NCBI GenBank assembly: GCA_964252035.1
Contig: OZ176201.1
Strand: one strand, 5' to 3'
DNA from: Podarcis erhardii
Lineage: Eukaryota
DNA length: 64,000 nt
The translations under genes were made by a program, and so were the position numbers. Shown here in pieces: positions 12,201-23,500 of this stretch (the stretch's first letter is position 1; the number at the start of each line of letters is the position of its first letter). Below the pieces are notes generated by a model. That model saw only the letters and a program-made list of their open reading frames with translations, searched no databases and was not told the origin of the DNA.

Positions 12201-15200
12201 GGGGTCCTTTTCACTCAATCTTCCATGGCAAAAGGGGCAAGATTCAGGGCCTGGCCATTCAGAATGAGGGTATAATATGCAGATTCGTTGCACTATTCCA
12301 AGGACAGTGTCTGGATCTTTCTTGGAGCAAAATGTGCCCACCTTATGTAGAGCCAACGAACTCTGACTGATTGGAGTGCCATCTTCAAGGACTTTCTCCT
12401 GTACAAACCCTACTGCCTAGAATGAGATTTGTGTGTGAGCAAGATTGTCTAGTGCAAAATAAGTTCTTGCTGGCCCTCAACTCGTAGATTTTCTTCTAAG
12501 CTGGCATTAGAAGTGTGTGTGAGTAAAGGAAATAACCTGGCAAAGTGTTGCTTGCACCTTCCCCCAGCAGGGCTCACTGCTTGTGGTATGGAGGGCAGAG
12601 GAATCGCTGCAACCTCTGGCAGATGCTTATGAGCCAACCACCATTTTGACATTCCCGCATTGACCTGATGAACCATTGTCTTGGGACATTATGGGAATAA
12701 TTTGCAGGGGATTCTAGAGCAGTATATTCTAGAGCAGGAATAGCCAATGTGGTTCCCTCCAGGTACTGCTGAACTACAAGCCCCCACCTTGTTCTAGGGC
12801 ATGGGTAGGCAAACTAAGGCCTGGGGGCCAGATCAGCGAGTTTTTACATGAGTAGAATGTATGCTTTTATTTAAAATGCGTCTCTGGGTTATTTGCGCGG
12901 CATAGGAATTCGTTCATTTTTTTTTTCCAAAATATAGTCCGCCCCCCCACAAAGTCTGAGGGACAGTGGACCAGCCCCCTGCTGAAAAAGTTTGCTGACC
13001 CGTTTTAGGGAATGTTCTTGGTTTGCACAAAGGCCATCAGTTGTGCCTACTGGACCTGGCTGTTACGATCCATGAGCTGAGAATGCAACCACCTCCCATT
13101 GTTGCTTCATATTGCAAGAGAAGAGGGGTAGTTCTGGGAAGCGTGTCTGTGGATACCATACCCCCGCTCCCATTAAGGAACCATGGAGGGGGTTTCAGAA
13201 TGCAGATGAAAAACTAATTCATTTTACCTAACTAAAGGCAGAATTCATTTGATGAGTCCTATCAGCGGAAGCCCTGCGTAAGGACTTTCATTTGCACAGC
13301 AGGGTTTCCCCCCCTGCGCCCCCTAAAACTGGAGAGGAGAGATCAGCCCACTTGGTGGGCTGCAGTGCATTTTAGTATGATGTTGAATCCTTCTTCCTAT
13401 AACTACAAAATGCCCGGTGGATTTTGGGTTAATAGCAGATTCTGTGCCTGGTGGGCTTGTAGTCACTTTTAACCTCTGGCTGTATTCTTGACTGTGCTTC
13501 TCCAGACAACGGCAGGCAGATGAGCAGCCCCGGCAAGAGGAGGAAGTGGTGGGGCCGAGGCGCGGTGACTTCACCCGCCTGGAATACCAGCGGCGCCATC
13601 AGCTCAAGCTCATGGAGGACCTGGACAAGGTGCTGCGGCAGAAGCCCACCACTGTGCGCGCCCTCAAGAAGGGGCGGCCCAAGACCGTCTTCTGTGATGA
13701 CTCTGCCCTCGCGCGCAGCCCCGTGAAAGGCCTCCTTGGTAAGAGCTGTGGCTAGTTGGGAAAGAAGCTGGGCATGCTCTGCAGGGCGGCGGAAAACCTG
13801 TAAACGCAGCTGCCATGTGTCATGGTGGCGCTAAAATGCAAAGGGATCGTGGTTCAGGAAAGGGACAGCTGTGGCCATGTAAACTTTGCCCCCAACTCCT
13901 GATCATGTGCCTGCCTATTCCTAGGCTCCAAGCTCAGCAAGGTGTATTCCCAGTCGACTCTCTCGCTTTCTACGGTGGCCAATGATCCTGGCAACTCACT
14001 CTCCATCAAGAGGTCTTCTCGGTGAGTTTGTAGTACTTCTACTTAGCCTTGTTACTCTTAACGCATTAAGAGGGCACAGGGGAGATGCAGAAACCCTGGC
14101 AGTGTGCTCTAGGGTGGGTGGGATTTGGATTGGCCTTCTAGCTAGTAGCAGGCCCGAGGGAAATGGGTTTGTGCTGCACTTGCAGAAGTTAAGGGTGAGC
14201 ACTTCTGTTTTGCAGAGCTGCGTCTCCTTCTGGGCCAATGTCCCCCAGCCGGTTGCTGTCCAACCAGAACCGGGAGCGTGACTGGGAGAACGCATCGACC
14301 GCCTCCTCGCCAGCCTCCATTCCAGAGTACACAGGTAAACCTCTTGCTTTCTCAGCCCTCCCTTCCAGAAAATTCCAGCTTTCCTTCTGTGATTCTACAG
14401 AGGGAGCTCTGCTAGATCGCCTTCTCCAAATGCACTGGCCAAGTGTCTTGATCTGGTGCCTGCTCTGCAAGGGCATCAAGAGACCTCCAGTTCCTTTGCC
14501 TTGTGAAGCATCTTCTGCTTGTCTTGCCAGGGCTGCCTTCCTTAGGGAACCTCGTGAGCCTGACTTCTCTGCTGAACTCTTCTTCTCTCTGCAGGGCCCA
14601 AGCTGTACAAGGAGCCCAGTGCCAAGTCCAATAAGTACATTATTCACAATGCACTGTCTCACTGCTGCCTTGCTGGCAAAGTCAATGAACCCCAGAAAAA
14701 TCGCATCCTGGAGGTAAGCTGAGGGGGCAATTACACGGGGTGGGATGGCAGGTTGTTAAATGGCTGTGGGCTGGGCAAGGTGCATCCTTCGCCCTCGTCT
14801 TGCTGAACTGTGCACATCATGTAGATGTCCTCCTCTGATCTCTGTGAATTTGGAAGAACATCATGTTGGCTCCAGCTTCTGACTCTGCATGGGCTTTGTA
14901 GCTATGGACGTTTGCCTCTGCATAATACAGCATGGCCTCAACTTCCGCTGTTAGAATATAGCAGCATAAAAGCATCACACTGGCTGCACCACTGAGAGAT
15001 GTTAATCATAGAACCCCATGTGCAAAGGTGTTTGGTCACCTTCATTGGCTGTGAGCCTAGTGGCGGTTGAACCGTACTGGCAGAAGTCTCCCTTTTCTCA
15101 GTGGAGATGAAGAAAATCATGTGTGACATGTGCTGGCTCAGTCAGTTTCACAAGAACTTAGAACTGTACGTTGTTTGTTGTTCATTCTGCAGACATTTCT

Positions 15201-15586
15201 AATGTTGGAATGTTGTATGTGCCTCAACTTGATTCTTACTCCTGTTTTACATGCATCTTCCTCCCTGCCCCCCTCCATTTTAGGAAGTGGAGAAGAGCAA
15301 AGCCAATCACTTCCTCATCCTGTTCCGTGATTCGAGCTGCCAGTTCCGGGCGCTGTACACCCTGTCGCCAGAGACGGAGGAACTGACGCGCCTGGCAGGG
15401 TACGGGCCGCGCACCATCACTCTGGCCATGATCGAGGGCATCTACAAGTACAGCTCTGACCGTAAGCGCTTCACGCAGATTCCCAGCAAGACCATGTCCA
15501 TGAGTGTGGATGCCTTCACCATCCAAGGACACCTCTGGCAGACCAAGAAGCCAGGCACCCCCAAGAAGCCAGGCACACCAAAATAG
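202..15586 (+). CDS. CAMSAP3: Calmodulin-regulated spectrin-associated protein 3 (microtubule minus-end binding), 5'-partial, 15 coding exons in window
   Basis: Exons, all AG/GT-flanked with continuous frame: 202-234, 1236-1283, 3016-3154, 3309-3448, 3987-4080, 5615-5666, 7543-7619, 8730-8802, 9000-10728, 11764-11900, 13506-13738, 13925-14021, 14216-14334, 14595-14713, 15284-15586 (TAG). Total 3393 nt = 1130 aa plus stop. Contains CH-domain peptides (IRYRKD...DLASGGAIAATIHYYCPQ, SVADSLYNLQL), coiled coils (LEEKRRAIEAQKKRIEAIF; YNRAVAKLNTALSSLQ), LTPPHNVDTLPHLRKFSPSQVP and a CKK domain (KLYKEPSAKSNK...NHFLILFRDSSCQFRALY), matching recalled human CAMSAP3. Upstream exons lie outside the window. 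Confidence 0.96.
461..485. repeat. (GGA)n microsatellite
   Basis: About 8 GGA units in the intron after the 33-nt microexon. Confidence 0.9.
1236..1283 (+). CDS. CAMSAP3: CAMSAP3 48-nt microexon (HAIAFCLKESGNKPPV)
   Basis: ttgcatccag|CATGCC...CCTGTG|gtaatg, phase 0-0. Matches the recalled human insert HAIAFCLKESGSKPPM. Confidence 0.88.
12800..13002. mobile_element. hAT-type MITE
   Basis: Ends CATGGGTAGGCAAACT...AAGTTTGCTGACCCG. 8-bp TSD TTCTAGGG / TTTTAGGG (7 of 8 match). Confidence 0.8.
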
Positions 15587-17050
15587 CCAGACCTTTCCAA
15601 CCTCAATCCGTCTACTGCTTTTCTCTGCCTGGACTTTAGAGCTGCTACTTGTTAGGTTGCTGGCCCAAGTTGGATACATGGAACCCTACCAAAATGTGTG
15701 GCTTGCATAGATGGGTCTGTTAAGCAGGGGGTTACATCTTGTACTGGACCAGCGTTATCTCTGGCTGGATCAGAGCCACACAGGAGTCTTGTGCATAGTT
15801 CTGATGCCTGTTCTAAGACTACTTTTTTTTTGGGGGGGGGGTTGTTGACAGATGCTCTGGAAACTGCCAAATCCCATGATAATCTAGAGGCTCAGAGTTG
15901 CCATAGTGACACTGCCCTACATGCGGCCTGTGTGCGCTCGTCTGGGCTCCTGCATGCTCTGTCTGCCTCCAGCCACCACCTGAATGTTGGTCCACCACCA
16001 CAGCAATGAAGGGTCTCTCTTTCTGACTCCTGCTTGCCTGGGGAACGGGGCCCAGGCCTTCTTTGGTTCTGTCTGGGGTTTCTTGTTTCCCTGGGTGCCC
16101 CTGTTTATATTTATACATACTTATACATATATATATATATAGATATATATATATATCTTGGAGCTATTTAATGATTTTTCAATTATTTGTATATAAAAAG
16201 GAACAAATTGCATTTGGAACAGTGGGGCAGGGTGAATTTGTATATGGAGATAGGCATGTGGGGGGAGGGTAGCACAGAACAAGGTGTGTGTGTGTGGATG
16301 GATGTTTCCTCCTTTGGCGTTTTGTCTTTCTTCCTTCCCCGCTTCCCCTTTGGGCTTTTTTTTCCTGCTCCCTTGTTCACAAGGGCTATTTGGTGTAGGG
16401 ATGGGCAAGGGCTGTTTACATGTAATAACCTTTTAGCAGGCATTTTGGGGGATGGCAGGGAGCCTGTGAATTTGGCAAGCTTCAGCTGGCCATTCTCATT
16501 CAAAATATTTGGAAGCTGGGAGTTGCTGTAGTCACAGAGCAGGCCTCTGTGGATCCTGAACTGAGCTGCCAAATGGAAAAAGCAAACTCCTACCTGCTCT
16601 AGGAAGAGAGCAGGCTCCAGCCTCTTCTTTCCTTCCTTCCTTCCCAGTTTAGAGCTGCACCTCCGGGCTGTAGCAGGCAGTGAATGTAGGCTGTTCCTTC
16701 AGTTGTCCTCCCCAAGAGCCAGAGGAGGCCTGGGCACTGAGGGGCTTCTACCCTCTCTCTTTTCTTTCTCTTCTCCCCCACCCCCTACCCGGCCCGCTTG
16801 CTGTTTGGGTCTTTTCCTCCGCCTCCTGCTCTTTTGGGGTAGCAGTTGCTCTCGAGGCAGTGCAGGAGGGAGCTGGGGAAAGCCAATCCTGTTCAGCTTG
16901 GGGTTCTGTCTTGTTCAACTTTATACCAGGTCTCTCGTGGCTGCTTGTTGATGACCGAATGTCATGTAGGTGTTTGGGGATACAGTATAGTGCAGGGTTG
17001 GTGTTAAAAAAAATTAAAAGGGCAGGTGGGAACTTTGTCCCTGGCTGCTT

Positions 17051-17127
17051 AATAAAGTAACTTAAATGAACTCTTTGCTGGTCATTACTTGGTGTACTTC
17101 CATCCCACACAGAGTGGGGTGAATAAA
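17051..17127 (+). terminator. Candidate CAMSAP3 polyadenylation signals
   Basis: AATAAA at 17051-17056 and 17122-17127; the second is followed by a GT/T-rich tract. Implies a 3'UTR of about 1.5 kb. Confidence 0.55.
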
Positions 17128-17883
17128 AGATACTGGAGGCAGATTGTGTCTCTGGTTTTGAAAGCCTGCCTTTCCTTTCTCTCTATAATAGGCTTTATGT
17201 TGCAAGTGTCTGCCTTCAGCCTTAGCCTGTGCCCATTACTCAGCTGTTTTGGATAGCAGCGCAGAGGCACAGGCAAGCTAAGAGTCTAGCCATTTTAAAG
17301 CTTTTTTTGTCAGATGTTTGTGCACTTGCTCCATGTTTAATGCAGGGTTAGAACTACTGGGGTGTGACCAGCTGCTGTTTCCTTGTTTGGGTTTAATTAA
17401 GCGTGGCTTCCTTGAAAGCAGTGAAGGTTTGGTAGGTGTTCAGCTGGTTGGTAGAAGGAAGTAAGGTCATTCTCCCTGTTCCACCCCAGCTATTTGTTGG
17501 ACTTGCCCCCATGAGCATGACCAAGCAGGACAGGAATATACTTAAGAACAGGACTTGGGAGAAACTGCTATAGCAGGAAAAACAAATTATATATTGGCAT
17601 TCACGGAAGGTATGTGGTAACAACCTCATCACTACTGCTTAACCCCCTTTCCTTAATGCTCATTGTTCCTAAACACCAAGAGCTTATTCACAAGTCTGTT
17701 TTAAGCTGCCAGGATCTTATGAAGTAACTGTTGCCACAACAGTTAAGCTAGTGAGAGAGGATGAATTCTTATCAGCAGCACAGTTAAGGAAATTCCATTA
17801 GGAAGGTGGGGGTTAGGTTAAGCACTCCATTGTATTGAACATGGAACTGAAAGCAGTGTTTGACATAAATTGAAGAAGCCCCT

Positions 17884-17889
17884 TTTATT
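17884..17889 (-). terminator. Candidate XAB2 polyadenylation signal
   Basis: TTTATT on + (AATAAA on -), about 420 nt after the XAB2 stop codon. Confidence 0.5.
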
Positions 17890-18007
17890 ACACTTTTTAA
17901 GCTTAGGAGAGTTAGAGTTTCAGTAATGAAAAGTATGCCAAACTAGCAGCTGGCAGGGCAGGTTACTTATTCATGTATACAGCAGCCGGCATTGTTGCCC
18001 ACCTTTT

Positions 18008-18145
18008 CTCATAGAGCTGCAAGGGACCCTGAGGATCATCCAGTCCAACCCCTTGCAATGTACAAATTTGTAGCTGTCCCTTATGGGGATTGAAACTGCA
18101 ACCATGGTGTTGACAACACCATGCTCTAACCAATTGAGCTAGTTT
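18008..18145 (-). mobile_element. SINE with tRNA-Ile-like head and CR1-like tail, in the XAB2 3'UTR
   Basis: Minus strand reads TAGCTCAATTGGTTAGAGCATGGTGTTGTCAACACCATGGTTGCAGTTTCAATCCCC, then CATTGCAAGGGGTTGGACTGGATGATCCTCAGGGTCCCTTGCAGCTCTATGA. Confidence 0.75.
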
Positions 18146-18311
18146 CCCATACAGACCTACACCAGACATTTGATAAAAAGATTTTATAAATAGCAACATG
18201 ACAGAATAGAAAAGGATACTATCAAGGAAAACAAACAAATTACACCAAGCCCAGCTTATACAGATACACTTGTAGCCCTAGTTCAAAAGCAGTTCATCCA
18301 TCTGCAGCCGC

Positions 18312-20512
18312 TCAATCATCCTTAAGGCCTCCAAACACAGCGGAAGGAACACTCTTCTGCTCCAGCTGCACCTCTGTAGGAGAGAAGATTTGGGATAATC
18401 AATATAGAGCAAGAACAGTCAGATGTCAGGCTTAGAGAAATGACTTTGCTGGGTTGAACCTCAGCATTTTAGCAACCATTGCTGATTTGTGCCAGAACTA
18501 AGCTGAACTCTCTTTTTTACATAAAAATATACTCTTAGTTTTGCCAAAAGTATCTTCAGCAATCCCCCTTTTTCGTGTGTGGAGACTTTTTAGAGACTTG
18601 GCAGATCAGAAACCCTTGCCTACTTTGTGCCTATTCGCTTCAAAAACTAGACCATACAGCACTGTCTCTTACTTACCATCAGGCTCATTATCCTCACTCT
18701 CATCTCCATCATCCAAATCAATGTCTATCTCATCAGGATTAGCCTGTTTGGAGAGTTCAGCCAGCTCGCTGCGGGAAGCATCACTCCTAGAAATGAGGAA
18801 CAAGAAACCGGTGAATCGTACAGGAGCCAGCACAGCATTATTCACACAGTGACTGCCCCATGCCTATACTGCAGGAAACAGGTCCATCCTGAGAAGATCA
18901 AGCTGGCTTTACAGGTTCACATGTCTCTTCTCCACTGCAGGCTGCAACTGAAAGCCACTAGATAAGCTACACCAACTATTAGAACCTGCAGCGTTGACTC
19001 AACTCTACGGCTTCACTATCCGCATGACCATAAATGCATTTGGCTTCACTGTAACAACCATCAAGGCAAAACAGAACAAAAATGCATAGTGAAGGGGCCA
19101 CTGGAGATCAAGACATAAGTCACACCATTGCTACACTCCTCCCTCTACCCTAATCTGCAAACTCTTAATCATGTTTTGTGTTAGTTTCAGGCTTTAGTCT
19201 AATGTCAAGATCTTAGACTTCTCACCATAACGTTTAGCAGACAAGACTCCAGGATCACGTCACTTAACGAAAAGCCCAGCTTGGGTATGACAGTGTGTGC
19301 CTGCCACTACCCAAAGGAGCCACAAGTTTAATCATGATAAGAACTAGATTTCCACTACCTATCCAAATTGAGTGCATATGGACACATACAGAATTTTAAC
19401 ACAGCAGATGGACAAACTGAGCAGTTGTTTAAAAATGTCTCTTCCCCCACCCAACAACCACAAAAAAACCTTTGAAGTAGTGGAGACAGTAGACACAAGG
19501 CGGTTTCTGTGGCCCTGGCTATACTTTTGTACCTCTTCTACTACCCAAATTCCAGGGGGAAATATTTTTAAGACCTCTAACCAGAACATACATGCATTAA
19601 GATAAAAAGTAATGTACACTGCACATTAAATAGATTCTGTTTACTGCCTAGTTTCTCATGGCAAGAACACTGCATGTTTTCCCATTTCCAGCAGCAGCCA
19701 CCTTGTGCGGCCATCCCTACTTCTTCAACTCTCCAAGCTTATGACAAACAGCTTGGTTCTTGCCCAACCTGAAATATGACCCCTGGTGTATTCCATGCTG
19801 GGTGGTGACCTACAGCAAAGAGGTTAAGCAAGTCTCCCTGGCTTGCAGTACACTCACCTGACAAACAGGATCTTCTCCTTAGCTTGGGGCTGATCTCGCT
19901 CCGCTTCAGCTGCCAACTGCTCCGCCCGCTGCTCTAACAGTTTCATGTCATCCATGCCACTCTGCCCAGGTGCCAGGTCAGACACTGAAACAAAAAGACA
20001 AGCAGAAGGGAAGGGCAGAGGAAGGGTTAAAACAGAACAGGAGATGTAGCAGCAGACACCCCTCTCTGCCAGGACCTGTGCAGGGGGCAGGGGCTGAGAC
20101 CTACCCGTGCCCGTGGCATTGCTGTACACCTTCAGCATTTGAGAGGCCATGAAGTTGACTTGTGTGTTGTAGGTTGCTTGCACGCTTCGTTTAATGCGAA
20201 GCATCTCCCGGATAGTGTCTTCGTTCCCATGCCGGATCTCAAATTCCTTCCATGTCTGCCAGAAATTGGCAGTAGTCTGGCAGGAGAAGAAAAAGTGTTT
20301 TGAGGGGTGGGGTGGGAAAGAAGGCAGTCACTGCGCAGTTCAACAGATCAAGCAGAACTTCTCCTTCCTGCTTCACTAGTCTTTCCCCTGAGCTCTGCTA
20401 TGGGAAAAGCAACATGGAGGTGTGTCTGTGTACAGAGATGAGTTGTTCCTGTGCAGTGTATCTTCTGCACCAGAAATTAAAACCCTTGCATCTTTGCGAT
20501 AAGTAAGTTGTT

Positions 20513-20560
<48 letters not shown>

Positions 20561-23500
20561 CAACTAATGATGCCGATAGAGTTATCCTTGAATATAATGG
20601 AGAGCTAGCTTTTCTCACCTTCCCACACTAGGTCCTAAAAAGCCTTGCTCAGGCAGATGTATGACTAGTTCTTTAGTGTGTGGGAGAAATCACAGAACTG
20701 TAGAGTTGGAAGGGTCCCCAAGGGTCAACTAGTCCAACCTCCTGCAACGCAGGAATCGCAGCTAAAGAACCCCTGAGAGATGGCCATCCAACTTAAGTAG
20801 AAACTTCTCACAAAGGAGAGCCCACCAGGTGACTTACTCGGGGATCACACATCTGCGAACAGTAGGAATAGATGGCCCGAGCTCGGTCTATTTCGCCCAG
20901 CTTGCACTCCATGTCGGCAAAACGCAGGCACATCTCCCGAGCGTGTTCATCTGTCAGCACCTGCAATGGGGATACGTGTTAAAATTGCACCCTAACCGTC
21001 AATGTTTCTAAAATGGCTAGCAAGTTAAAAACAAAAGCACCCAAACACATATTGCAAACTGAAAGGGACGCAATAAGAGCACAGCAGCAGAAAAAGACAC
21101 AAGTTGAATTGATGTTAGCAGTCATGTTGCAAAATGACAAAGATTCGTGTGGACACCAAGTGAGCCTCCCCGAGGGCAGCCTTCCAAAAGCTGAGGATAG
21201 CAATCAAAGGGCCTGGCTCACTCTCAGCCCTGTTTCTGAAGTGGACCTCAGGGCACAAGCAGGTATCTCTGGGAAGTGGTCCCAAGCTGTATAGGGCTTT
21301 ATAAAAAGGTAGCACTCAACACTTTGTCCTGTGCTGAATAATAGCAAAACAGCATATTGCACAATATCCTCATAGTTGTAATAGTGATTACAGAAGCTGT
21401 ATTTGTATTTACCCCATATCATATAAGGGAACACAATCCTATTCAGCCATTACCTAGCAGACTAGTTCCTCTCTAGGCGAGAGCAAGAGACTCATCCTGG
21501 AGTTTTAAACACAGCATTATTTATTTGGAAAGAAGGAACTAACCTCAATAGCCTTCTCGTAGATGCTACGTGTGTGTGTGACCCCATAGATTTCTGCTGC
21601 TCTCTTGATGTAGATATTGTACATGTCATACTGCTCTGAAGGTTGCACAGCCTGAGTGGCCCTCTCATACACTGCCATGGCATGGCGTGCCAGCCCATAT
21701 TCTTCCTCCAGTTTGGCATACAGCAGGTAGATAGCTGTGAACAGAGAAGAAATTAAAGCAAAACTATATTCCTCCCCCACCCCCAATCTTTGGGTCAACT
21801 CTTCTCACCAAGACATTTTGGCCCTGTATGGACTATGTTAGTGACACTCCAGATACCATAGGAAAAGTTTTAAATAAGCACTGCCCCAAGGGAGAATTAT
21901 TCAGATTGCCCTCTGACACTGAAGAGGATGTGACAGATGTTCTCTCCATCTCAATGACTCCTGCTGGACAGGAACTTATCAGGCCTCAATACAGACTGGC
22001 TACCCAAGGGGGCACCCTTCAGATGTTTTGAACTACAACTCCCATGATCCCAGACTACTGGCTAAGCCAGCCCAGTTGAGGCAGATGGGAACTGCAATCC
22101 ACAACCTCTGGAGAACACCACGATGGCAACCACTGGGTTATGGATGCAGATGCCCTGTGGCTCGCATTGGGAGCAAGTCCTCTAGCTTTGGCCTTGCTGT
22201 TTCCTGTATCTCAGCTTCTGTTGCCCAGGAAAACAGGACTGGGCTTTCCCCATTATCTGTCAGCTCCCACCCACCTATCTTGACCCACCCCCAGGCTTTT
22301 ACTAGCTCTGCTCCCTTGCAACAGAGCACAGTTCTGCTTACTTTTAGCATATTTCTGGGGGCAGCCATCTAGAGCCTGTTCAAAGAGGTCCCGTGCACGC
22401 TCCAACTTCTTGCCACCATAGCGGTCGGTGAATTTGGTAAGATAGGTGTTCCAAATGTCATACACGTTTGGCCACTTGAACAATGAGATGCCCCTCTCAT
22501 ACGCCTGCCGGAGAGAAGGAATGGTAAGAAAAAGACAGCAAAAGCCTTCTTCTTGTTGGTATACTCTTGCCTATATGAAAACCACCATACTGAGTCAGGT
22601 GATTGTGGTCTACGCAGTCCAGTACTATCTGCTCTGGCTGACACCAGCAACCCAATATCTCCAAAACAGATAAATCTTTTCCAAGCTTTGCTACCTGTGC
22701 TCTTTAATCTGGAGATGCCAAGGAATGAATCATGGGACCCATTAGCTGAATCCTACCCTCCATGCTAATCTTTCCAAAGGTTACAGAGATGTAGGATCTG
22801 CAGAGTTCCGCTCTGCTACCTAAGAAGTACACCACACACTGTAGATATTTTGAGCCCAAGGTCCTCTCTCTCAAGCTCCACAGCTTGCAGCAGGCAGCTT
22901 TTACGATTCAATGGCTCCCAAACCAACCAGATGTGCAACTTCCCACTCCCACAGCGGCTATGAGAGCAGACAGAGGTATTGATACGGCCAACTCACCTTG
23001 AAGCTCTCTTCAAAGTAGCTGTGCTCTTCCAGGAAGAGGCCATAGTTAATGATGATTTGTGGGGTGGCAATGCGCAGGTCCAGAATGCGGTCATACACGG
23101 CTTTAGTAGACTAGGAGCGGTGACATAAAGAAACTTCAATATTAGGCTGAACCACAAAGAGACAGCCGAGTTACAGAGACAGCTTGGGGCCCTCAGTCAC
23201 TGTCCCTTACCCAGCTATGCCCAGAGATATAGAGGGAGGAGATCAGGAGGGAGGAAACAAGTCCCTGTTAATGCAGAGCTGGCAGGGCTGCTGCCCACAG
23301 CTGCTCAAGGCAAGCGGTAAACAAGGCTCCCTATTACCGTCAAAGGGAATCAGTAGGCCCCAGTTGGATTGTCAGAAAAGATGGGAGCAAGAACTGTAGT
23401 GCTTCTCACGTAGTGTACTACTTCACATGTAGTGTACTACTGCTGTGTGCTTCACATAGTGTTTTATTTATCGATTAAATCTGTCAACTACTTTATCTTG

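Noticed and set aside
18008-18145. tRNA-like sequence (also 35679-35730 and the SINE heads)
   Set aside because: Broken stems, mutated anticodon loops and LINE-derived tails show these are SINE heads, not tRNA genes.
19283-19312. GGGTATGACAGTGTGTGCCTG differs from the 5' end of 7SL RNA only by transitions
   Set aside because: The match is only about 21-30 nt and does not extend, too short to call a 7SL remnant.
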